Below are positions 1-9,590 of a stretch of 64,000 bases of DNA, piece by piece. The position numbers were made by a program, and so were the translations under genes. The first letter of the stretch is position 1; each line of letters starts with the position of its first letter. Under the pieces are notes generated by a model. The model worked only from the letters and a program-made list of their open reading frames with translations, searched no databases and had not been told where the DNA came from. Source of the DNA: Anthoceros angustus (taxonomy: Eukaryota; Plantae; Anthocerotophyta); the NCBI GenBank assembly GCA_010909165.1, contig MU008155.1:1922001-1986000 (forward strand), in the 5' to 3' direction.

Positions 1-1121
1 TTTTCGTGGTGCACAGGCCTCGGAAGTGGAATGTGTGTGTTGTGGGCACTCATGACTTGTACGAGCATCCCCACATCAACGACCTTGCCTACATTCCTGC
101 TGTCAAGGATGGGAGGTTCGGCTTCAACTTGCTGGTGGGAGGCTTCTTCAGCATCAAGAGGTGTGCGGAGGCCATCCCCTTGGACGCCTGGGTCCCGGAA
201 CAGGATGTGCTGCCTGTGTGCAAGGCCATGCTGGAGACCTTCCGGGACCTTGGCTTTCGAGGAAACCGTCAGAAATGCAGGATGATGTGGCTCATCGACG
301 AGCTTGTAAGTACCGATGCTTCTGCCCTAATCCAGCAGCAACACACAGAGTGCGTTCCTTCTTGACCAGGTTCGGATTGGTTTGTTGCACAGGGCATTGA
401 GCAGTTCCGTGCAGAGGTAGAAAGGCGGATGCAACCAACCCCACGCCTGGAGAGAGCTGCCGAAAGTGACCTAATCGACCCGACATGGCAGAGACGAGAG
501 TACTTCGGAGTGCACCCGCAGAAGCAAGAAGGGCTCCACTACGTGGGCCTGCACGTGCCTGTGGGACGCCTCCACGCTGCGGACATGTTCGAGCTGGCCA
601 GAATAGCGGAGAGCTACGGCACAGGGGAGCTGCGTCTCACGGTGGAGCAGAACGTCATCATCCCCAATGTCCCCACACCCAAGGTGGACCCCTTGCTGGC
701 TGAGCCTCTGCTGCAGAGACTGTCACCCTCCCCGTCTCCTCTCTTCTCCACCCTGGTTGCTTGCACCGGAAGCCAGTTCTGCGGGCAAGCCATCATCGAA
801 ACCAAGGCCAGAGCACTGCAGGTTTCCAGGGAGCTGGAGGCCAGCATGGATCTCGCCAAGCCTGTCCGCATGCACTGGACAGGCTGCCCCAACAGCTGCG
901 GCCAGGTGCAGGTGGCGGACATCGGATTCATGGGCTGCATGGCGAGAGACGAGAACAACAAACCTGTGGAAGGAGTCGATATCTTTCTGGGAGGCAGGAT
1001 TGGTGCCGACTCCCATCTCGGAGACAAAGTCTTGTCCGCAGTGCCGTGCACGAATGTGGTTCCCGTCGTGGAGGACCTGCTTATCAAACACTTCGGAGCC
1101 AAGCGGAAGATCTCTACATAA
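1..1121 (+). CDS. NiR: Ferredoxin-nitrite reductase, 3' part (5' end outside window); intron about 306-392
   Basis: Translation gives PRKWNVCVVGTHDLYEHPHINDLAY, RGNRQKCRMMWLIDEL, GT..AG intron, then GIEQFRAEVERRM, and the siroheme/4Fe-4S ligands ACTGSQFCG and WTGCPNSCGQVQVADIGFMG. Confidence 0.93.
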
Positions 1122-1481
1122 ATACAAGTTTCGAAGCGAGGAATCTTACATTTTCAGAAAATTTCAGAAAACTCAAGTAAAGCACGATTACTTCCGCTTC
1201 CTCTAGCCCACTGCCTACCTAGTCCAGATCCTTATACGTAATATTTTATATTCTTATATTGTATAATAAGGTTAAATTTTAAAATTATATTAAAATATTA
1301 GAAGACACTCATGATTCCACCTGATGGTATACTTGATCGTGCAAGCATATGGTAATGTATTCCCTAGTGGACATGGTCTACTTGACTAAGAGTAAATAAA
1401 GGAAAATGTCATGAAATACAAGTGGATTGTAAACTATATCGGATAAAAAAAAATACAATATCAGCAAGTGTTGTGAACATC

Positions 1482-1565
1482 AATAATAAAGTACAAACAA
1501 GAGAGGTGTACATTAATAATAAAGTACAAACAAGAGCGGTGGACATTAATAATAAAGTACAAACA
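1482..1565. repeat. 33-bp tandem repeat, about 2.5-3 copies
   Basis: AATAATAAAGTACAAACAAGAG recurs at 1482, 1515 and 1548; a related unit lies near 1830. Confidence 0.85.
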
Positions 1566-1855
1566 CAGAACTAGCAGCTTCTTCAGCACCGGTGGTAGGT
1601 AGGCCCTTCATCATCCCTGATCACAATATCATTGGTGCCAATATCATTGGTGCAGTAGGTAGTTACGGGAAAGGCATTCGAGGAGACTAGGACTTCCCCT
1701 TTTACCATTAGCCCTTTTTGGGTTGTTCCTCCTCGGAACTTCAGGGGTAGATGGGATTTTTCATCTCGTCTATTAATAATTTCTACTCTATTTAACTCCA
1801 GCGTACACTATCAGCAAGTATCGTGGACATTAATAATAGGGTACAAATAAGAGCA

Positions 1856-2045
1856 GCAAAATAAGTATACTACCAACAAGTGTCAAAATAAGTATACCAC
1901 CAATAAGTATCAAAATAAGTATATGACCAGCAAGTGTAAAAATAAGTATACTACCAGCAAGCGTCATGGCCAAAATAAGTACACTACCAGCACGTGAAGT
2001 GGACAGCAAACTAAGTGTACTACCAACAAGTGTCATGGACATCAA
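1856..2045. repeat. 27-36 bp minisatellite (CAAAATAAGTATACTACCAGCAAGTGT-like), about 6 copies
   Basis: Directly visible repeated AAAATAAGTA(T/C)ACTACCA(A/G)CAAG units. Confidence 0.85.
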
Positions 2046-2412
2046 TAACAAAGTGATTTGATTTGATTTGATTTATGATCAATAATGGACATTATCATGG
2101 ATTATCCATGACCAATGGAATCAACCAATTATGTTCAACAAAGGTGAACACAAAATAAAATAGATAAATTAATCGATAAAAATATAATTAAATATTACCA
2201 AAGTAATGGAATAAACAATTGGTCATGGACATCAATAACAATGTGATTTGATTTGATTTGTACCATTGATTTGATTTGATTTGATTTCAACCATAATGAT
2301 ATGATTTGATTCATAATGATTTGATTCAACCAATTATGTTCAACAAAGGTGAACACAAAATAAAATAGATAAATTAATCGATAAAAATATAATTAAATAT
2401 TACCAAAGTAAA
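2030..2412. repeat. About 205-bp tandem duplication containing (GATTT)n microsatellite
   Basis: CAACCAATTATGTTCAACAAAGG...ATTACCAAAGTAA is identical at about 2122-2205 and 2327-2411; CATGGACATCAATAACA followed by GATTT runs occurs twice. Confidence 0.85.
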
Positions 2413-3479
2413 TATATAACTTCAATAGTATATCAAAATCCACTAGAATCCACTAGAATGTTAGAAAAGAGATCGTTGGCCTAACATAGGGCAGTTTTGG
2501 GGTTCCACATTCAGAAATACAAGTCATAAAATTTATCATTCATTTGTTCGTTGAAGATTCTGCTTGTGTTTCTTCATTCGTTGAAGATTCACCTTGTGCT
2601 TCTAGATTAAGGAGCTTTCCTTTAAGTTATGTGACAAAATTTGTCATATCTTCATCTAACGTTTTTTTTTTTTTGTTGAAGATTCAACTAGGGTTTTTAT
2701 ATGAGAGACCTCTCTTTCAAATTTTGTGGCAAAATTTGCCAAATTTTTATCCAACGTTTCTTCATTTGCTGAAGATACAGCAAGTATTTTTGAACAAGAA
2801 AGCTCTTCTTCAAATCTTGAAGCAAAATTTACCATAAATTTTTACTACTTTCAAATTCAATTGAGTTAAGTAACCAACAATTAACGTAAGCGATGATACA
2901 TAGTTGTCTTAGTTGACATATCTCAATATTATAGGATGTGGTTGCATTTGCCCTCAAATTTATCAATGCACATGTTGATACAATTACAATTTCAGTAGGT
3001 TTGCTACGAAAAACAAATTGTAAGCACCTTCCAATATATCAATGGAACCTCGAAGCGGTGGTCATTGTTCTCTCTTGCATTGTTTGAAATTGCGAGCGGC
3101 TTGCATCTCGGCTGCTTACACTTTCAAAGCATAGCATTTTGAAACCTCATCTAGAACTCTTTGTTTTGGAGTACACACACCTGGGATAGCTATCGTGTAG
3201 CTTGTAAAGTGGGCATTTGGCTAGGCGCTCAAAACAATTTTGGATGCCTATTGAAGGAGGGAAGGTCATTTATGCAAATTGCTACAATTTTAAAACATAG
3301 CATCATGAAACCCACTTTCTGAACTGTTTGTTTTGAAGTACACACAGCTCAGATGGCTACGTGTCTGTAAACACACATGACACGCTAGGTCTCTTCTTAG
3401 GGGCAAACTTTATACAAACTCGCTAGAGAATGTTGGCTCGGCGTCCAGCTCTGCGCTGGTGTTTTCATAGTGTTGGCAT

Positions 3480-3900
3480 ATGTGCTCTTTAGTATGCTTA
3501 TTTAGAGAGTGTGTGGATTCAAATAGTTGGATTTCCTCATTATCCATAAATTTTGTCACCTACTCATGCTCCAGATGTCCTTTGATGTCAGTAGTATCCA
3601 ACGAGCTCATTTTGGGTCTTTTCGAAAACAACATGCAAATATCAAACCATGGGCAGAGACCCTCGTCTTTTCCTTTAATGGTGACTCCAAGTTTGCAATC
3701 CTCCTCTGTCAACCCCTATCCTATTTTCTTGAGAAATTGGGTGGCCTTCCTATATCGCTGCACGTATCGTTTAATAATTTTTTTTGTGATTTATAATTAG
3801 TCCAATCCATAACAGGAAAACTGTACCGCTACAAAGTGGCTAGCCATGGTTCATGTATTGTCTTCTTGGATTGATTCTTCCTAGCAATCTTCGGCCAATT
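3480..3900 (-). mobile_element. Possible degenerate Myb/SANT-like (PIF/Harbinger ORF1-type) remnant
   Basis: Minus strand reads YRKATQFLKKIG*GLTEEDCKLGVTIKGK...CPWFDICMLFSKRP, resembling Harbinger-associated Myb-like proteins; contains stops. Motif recall only. Confidence 0.3.
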
Positions 3901-5022
3901 TGATGAACAAAACAAAGTTTCAAATTGCTTTAGTTGCTGCAGGAAGTCACGAATCATTGCACAGTCTTCTCGAGTTAGGTTGGTCCAGATGGTGTTAATC
4001 CCTTTGCGGGAATTTGAGATCAAGGCTTGTGCTTCGCTAAGTATTGGTTGGGAGTTGCAAACGAGTAGTAGGGGATAGGAAGGGGGTGAAATATGTGGTA
4101 AGGTTAGGGAAGTGGGATGAGTGTGTGGCAGTGGCTGCCATGCAGGAGGCATGGTTAAAAGAGGCAAAGAAATTTATGCCTATAGTTCCATACTTGCTGC
4201 AGTTCAAATTGCAACGGAGTTCAAGCAAGAAAGGTGGGCAGCAAGATGTCGGGCTGCAAGTTTGAGGACCCTGCCTCAAGAAACCATCTTTACAAGGTCA
4301 AACAAGAATGCTCATACTTGCTCCCCTCTTCCCACACTATGCCGTTTACACAAACCCAATCTTGTGGAAAAGATATAGGTCCCGCTCCCATTCAAAGGTT
4401 TGGCAATTATGTTTGAGGTCCCTTAATGTCACAACATGGAGATTGAATGACCTACACACCACTCAGGTTGTCGAGGATGATCTCCAACGGTTAGCACCGT
4501 CCCAAAGATAGCTCCAATAGTGCTATGTATGAGATAAATATCTTTTGCAATATATTTAGGTCATATTTTCATACGCTTGTTTAATCTGACGTAGTTAGTC
4601 CGTATATTTATAGTCGTTTTTTATTTAAAATTATATATATATAGAGCTCGTCATCCCGGTACAAACCGTCACAGATGCGCTTGGTGGAAAACCAGGCTGA
4701 AGTGATACGGCCAGTGTAAGTAAATACGATGTTCATTCACATGGAATGCAAGATGCTAGGATAATGTGTGAGCGGAGAGCCACACGAAAAGGGGAAGCTG
4801 AGGGTCAAGATGCGGTGCGGTCGACCGCATGAACGCTGGCTAGTATCTATAACACCGGACCGAACTTCCGATATAGCGTTTTTGCCTTCCATAACAGAGT
4901 ACCGTCCGCACTGCGCTTGCTTCGAGTGCTGTGCTCGCAGGCTCACTCACAGTACCTAGGCGTCCGGCCACCGCCATCGAAGTTTGCAATGCGTCTCGAC
5001 TTCAGAGAGCGGTGCCTACAAA

Positions 5023-8022
5023 ATGGCCACAGTATTGCAACCGGACTCGTTGTGGACCCAACAGATTGGTGGGTGTACAGAGATTCTACAAGGAGCTCCC
5101 GCTCACCTCACCGTAGAGAGTCAAGCGCTGGAGCACAACCGAGCCTCCAGGTGGAACAGTGTAAGGAACCCAGCCCCTCCGACAGAATGTGTGGCTGGGG
5201 AAGGATTTTCCAGCGATGGTCATCGCCAGGAGCAGGAGCTCTTGTGGCGACAATTTTTTCTGGATCCTGCCGTTTGGTGGGACAACAGGCGACGAAAGAA
5301 GGGCTTCCGTTCGCCCGACTTTCGGCGTAAGGGATCCAACGAGGTTCTCTGGTTAAACAGCATGTTAAAGCCAGCTTGGGTGGATGAGCAGCTCGTTGCT
5401 TGGGATCTGCAGATGGGTCATGGTGCATCTCCTGCCAAGTGGAGCTCTATGGATAAGCCTGAGCCCGGCAGGCGAGCAGAATCGAAGATGGGCGTCGTAA
5501 CGGCTGTAACCGTAAGCACTTTATGTCAGCAGGGGAAGCTGACTGAAGCTTTTGCAGCCCTGGAATATCTGGCCCATAGAGACTGTAGTATTTGTAAGTC
5601 GCTGTTGTATACTGTTCTGAAATTATGTGCAGTTAAAAAGGATATGGTTGTGGGGGAACGAGTTCATGATCTGTGTGTCAAACTTGGGTACGAGGCAGAT
5701 ACATACTTGGGGAACCATATTCTGCGCATGTATGCATGTGGAGGTAGGCTACAGGAGGCCATGGATGTGTTTACCAGAGTGGGCAAACCGGATGCCTTCA
5801 TGTGGGGTTCCATAATCTCCGCACATTCTAAACATGGGAAGCCTGACGAGGCTATAAAATTGTACCTTGAGATGCGTAGCTCAGGTTTGAAGGCAGATGC
5901 TCACGTCTTTGTAGCTGCCCTTCAAGCTTGTGCACTTGCTGCGGACTTGGAATCTGGCAGAAATGTGCACTCTGATGTGTTGCACAGTGGCATTCCTCCT
6001 GACTTGTTTGTTGGCAACAGCCTGGTGGACATGTATGCAAAATGTGGCGAACTGGGAGATGCACGGGGGGTTTTTGACAGCTTGGCTACCAAGGATGTGG
6101 TGACATGGAATGCCCTTATAGCTGGGTATGCACAGCAAGGGCTCGGCCAAGACGCGCTCGTTCTGTATGGACAAATGGAGCAGGAGGCCCTGATAGTGGC
6201 TGACCATGTTACTTTCACTTGCCTTCTGAAGGCCTGTGCAAGCACTCGTGCCTTACCGAGGGGCAGGCAGCTCCACTCAGAGATTGTGGAAAGAGGTCTG
6301 CTACAAAACATTCTGGTTGCCAACTGCCTGGTTGACATGTATGCGAAATGTGGCGAACTGAGAGATGCACGCCTCGTTTTTGACAGCTTGCCTTCAAAGG
6401 ATGTCGTGACATGGAATGCCCTCATAGCTGGGTATGCAACACAAGGGCTTGTCCAAGAGGCCCTTGTTTTGTATGGGCAGATGGAGCAGGAGGGGCGGAT
6501 TGTGGCTGATCATATTACTTTTGCTTCCCTTCTGAAGGCCTGTGCAAATGCTGGTGTTGTACAGAAGGGCCGGCAGCTGCACTCTCAGATTGTGGAAAGA
6601 GGATTGCTAGATAACATAGTGGTTGGCACCTGCCTAGTGGACATGTATGCAAAATGTGGCGAACTGGAAGCTGCTCTCAGGGTTTTTGACTGCTTGGCCA
6701 CAAAAAATGAGGTGACGTGGACTGCCCTTATATGTGGCTATGCAAATTGTGGCGATTTGGAAGGTGCTCGCCAGGTTTTTGACAGTTCAGCCTCGAGGGA
6801 TGTGGCGACATGGAATGCTCTGATTGCGGGGTATGCACAGCAAGGGCTCGGTCAAGAAGCGCTTGTTCTTTATGAACGAATGGAGCAGGAGGGCCAGATT
6901 GTGGCTAACCATGTTACTTTTGCTTGCCTTCTGAAGGCCTGTGCCAGCGCGGGTGCTGTACAGAAGGGCAGGCAGCTGCACTCACAGATTGTAGAAAGAG
7001 GACTGCTAGATAAGAGACTGGTCGGTACCTGCCTGGTGGACATGTACGCAAAATGTGGTGAGCTGAAAGAGGCACGCCAGGTTTTTGACAGCTTGGCCAC
7101 AAAGGATGTGGTGACATGGAATGCTCTGATTTGTGGGTGTGGTGCTTGTGATGAGGGTCGGGAGGCACTTGCTTGTTTTGAGGAGATGTTGGTCGCTGGT
7201 ATTAAGCCTGATGTTGCTACTTTTACTTGCCTCTTAGTAGCATGCAGTCATGAGGGACTGGTGAGTGAGGGTCGCAAGCACTTCAATTCCATGGTCGAAC
7301 AGCATGGGATGAAACCTACTAGTGAGCACTACATTTGCATGATTGATCTTCTTGGGCGTGCAGGCCATTTAGATGAGGCAGAGAACATGCTCCTATCATG
7401 TGAGGGCCAAAGTACTGTTGTGGGGTTGAGGTCTTTGCTCAATGCCTGCAAAAACCACGGAGATATAGAGAGGGCGACTCGATGTTTTGAAAGCCTTGTT
7501 AGACTGGTTCCTCAACATGCAGCGGCATATGTGCTCATGGCCAATGCCTATGCGGATGCAGGCAGGTGGACCGATGTAGAAAGGATTGAAAGACAGAGAG
7601 TGACAGCGGGAGCTAAGAAAAAACCTGCGGTGGCTGGCATCGAGGTGAACATGCAGGTCCATACATTTGTGGTGGGAGAAAACGACGACGATCTTTCGCT
7701 CAAGATAGACAGCATGAATGCACGTCTAAAGCAGGACGTGGGTCATGCACCCCACACGAAGTTGGTGTTGAAGCCAGTATCAGAAAAGGAAAAGGAAGAT
7801 CTGCTCTGCGGGCATGCTGAGAAGCTAGCTCTGGCGTATGGTCTCTTGAACACTCCGAGTGGCACACCTCTGATGGTCACGAAGAATCTACGCATGTGCA
7901 GTGACTGCCACAGTTCCACGGAGATCATGTCACGGGTTGAAAGGAGAGACATTGTTGTAAGGGATGGATACCGTGTGCATCGGTTCGCAGCTGGTTGTTG
8001 CAGCTGTAAGGGTAGACCGTGA
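5023..8022 (+). CDS. G1: PDF-motif + PLS-class PPR + E1/E2 + DYW:KP (GRP type) RNA-editing factor
   Basis: Intronless ORF (first ATG 5023; the track start at 4984 is TTG). PDF-like motif 5239-5394, P(36)/L(35)/S(31)/SS repeats, KKKPAVAGIEV, CGHAEKLALAYG, LRMCSDCH, ends CSCKGRP. Confidence 0.93.
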   Translation: MATVLQPDSLWTQQIGGCTEILQGAPAHLTVESQALEHNRASRWNSVRNPAPPTECVAGEGFSSDGHRQEQELLWRQFFLDPAVWWDNRRRKKGFRSPDFRRKGSNEVLWLNSMLKPAWVDEQLVAWDLQMGHGASPAKWSSMDKPEPGRRAESKMGVVTAVTVSTLCQQGKLTEAFAALEYLAHRDCSICKSLLYTVLKLCAVKKDMVVGERVHDLCVKLGYEADTYLGNHILRMYACGGRLQEAMDVFTRVGKPDAFMWGSIISAHSKHGKPDEAIKLYLEMRSSGLKADAHVFVAALQACALAADLESGRNVHSDVLHSGIPPDLFVGNSLVDMYAKCGELGDARGVFDSLATKDVVTWNALIAGYAQQGLGQDALVLYGQMEQEALIVADHVTFTCLLKACASTRALPRGRQLHSEIVERGLLQNILVANCLVDMYAKCGELRDARLVFDSLPSKDVVTWNALIAGYATQGLVQEALVLYGQMEQEGRIVADHITFASLLKACANAGVVQKGRQLHSQIVERGLLDNIVVGTCLVDMYAKCGELEAALRVFDCLATKNEVTWTALICGYANCGDLEGARQVFDSSASRDVATWNALIAGYAQQGLGQEALVLYERMEQEGQIVANHVTFACLLKACASAGAVQKGRQLHSQIVERGLLDKRLVGTCLVDMYAKCGELKEARQVFDSLATKDVVTWNALICGCGACDEGREALACFEEMLVAGIKPDVATFTCLLVACSHEGLVSEGRKHFNSMVEQHGMKPTSEHYICMIDLLGRAGHLDEAENMLLSCEGQSTVVGLRSLLNACKNHGDIERATRCFESLVRLVPQHAAAYVLMANAYADAGRWTDVERIERQRVTAGAKKKPAVAGIEVNMQVHTFVVGENDDDLSLKIDSMNARLKQDVGHAPHTKLVLKPVSEKEKEDLLCGHAEKLALAYGLLNTPSGTPLMVTKNLRMCSDCHSSTEIMSRVERRDIVVRDGYRVHRFAAGCCSCKGRP

Positions 8023-8539
8023 GAACCAAGATGATCTAGCAAGTGTTCAGCAGTTCAATGTTGCATGTGGATCGGGGGAAGCGTAAGGAGTCGACTCCAA
8101 TAGGAGATGGCCGCTGGAAGACAAGGATCTGTGCTAAGCTTCTGAGATTGACCTTAAGCCCACTTGTCCCGATACTTGAAACCATCTGCGTCAGTAATGT
8201 TCATGACTGGCTTGGTGGACAGGCTAAAGGGCTGCACAGGATTTGGTGAACAGACACAGAGCAACCTCTCCAAAGACGCTGTCCTTCGTGTTGGACCTTG
8301 ACATGTTACAGATCCTTTCTTCCCTAAAGCTGAAGAGAAGGAGGAGGTGCTCACGAGTCCCATGCAGGGACCGTCCCCTGCTGCTGCAGTGCACCCGGGT
8401 CCGCCTGTGAAGTTCTAGGGTTGCAATCACAAACTTCAACAAATGATACACAAGGTATGCGAGGGAGGGTCTTACTGAACGGGAAATCTCCCGATGTATT
8501 AGACTCCATCTTCCGACAGCGGTCCCCGAATTATGGCCA

Positions 8540-8836
8540 TCGTATGCCAACCGGACCCGTGCGGATCTAACAGTTGGGTGAGCGTAAGGGACTGTACAAG
8601 GAGCTCCCCCTCACCTCCCCTCAGGTAGTCGAACCCTGGCAAGTAACCAGTCCTTACGGAGTCCAGGACTTCCACTTCCGAGAAGATGTGTGCGTGGGGA
8701 CGGGTTCTCCACCGATGGCAGTCGCCTGAAGCACATGCACTTCTTCGGGAACCGACCGTGTGGTGGGATAACAGACGAGATAAAGAAGAGTGCTCCCGTT
8801 CGCCTGACTTCCGGCCCACCGGGTCCGGCGAGGTCA
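8540..8836 (+). pseudogene. 5' fragment of a PDF-PPR paralogue (leader plus truncated PDF motif, no PPR array)
   Basis: Nucleotide similarity to G1 5031-5345; encodes EPTVWWDNRRDKEECSRSPDFRPTGSGEV, then similarity stops abruptly; frame disruptions upstream. Confidence 0.8.
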
Positions 8837-9191
8837 AGGGAACGAGAGCGCTCTTTTTTAGAGGCCCGGCGAGTCCTTCTGAAATGAAGCCTTGGTTGCG
8901 AGTTCCCCCAATTTATAGATCTCGCTAGATTGATCTTGCCCGACCATGCCGTCCCGGGAACCCTAAATTCCAGCTGGCCCGTCGCGATGTGCTAGCTAGA
9001 GTGGCTTGGTGCCTGAGTATTAGTACACTATAAAAGAAGAAGAAGAATTTTATTTAAGTCCACTAAGGACGGATTTCCGTCATGGGACTTGGTACTTAAC
9101 AACTTGTACCACGGTGTGCTTAGGCTACTTGTACCAAGGGCATCCACTCCCTTTAGGCACCCCATCTAAGTATCGATCTAAGCTTAGGATA

Positions 9192-9270
9192 CTTAATCAC
9201 GACGTTCTTATAAACGTGTCCATTTGGCCTAAGCCATTTGGACACACATTTATAAGAACTTGGTATTAAG
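9192..9270. other. Imperfect inverted repeat / hairpin upstream of G2
   Basis: GTTCTTATAAACGTGTCCATTTGGC (9204-9228), CTAA loop, GCCATTTGGACACACATTTATAAGAAC (9233-9259), with outer CTTAAT/ATTAAG pairing. Confidence 0.7.
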
Positions 9271-9590
9271 CATGCTATATGTAGTATAGCTACTATGACA
9301 CGCCCGGTTCATTTTCTCTTTTGCGATTAGTTCATTTTCCGTTATCTATTTTCCGTTCGGTTCATTTTCCGTTTGGTTCATTTTTCATTTTGAGATGGTC
9401 TTTCTCCGATGGGTCCATTTCCGTTTGGTGTTTTGCGGAGTGGTAGAGACACCGGTGGGTAGTCTGGCACAACACCGTGTGCACTGCAGCTGGTAAGGTT
9501 GGTGCGGGCATGAGCACTCCCAGAATCTAGGCACCCTGCCACGGGCTGCATCGTTTGCAGTCCGTCTCGTCTTCCGAGGGCGGTGCCTGT

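Noticed and set aside
9028-9045. CACTATAAAAGAAG as a CACTA element terminus
   Set aside because: No matching inverted terminus found in the window.
9233-9259. Right arm of the hairpin as a miRNA against the PPR VDMYAKCG coding motif
   Set aside because: Only patchy complementarity with gaps; below plant miRNA-target standards.
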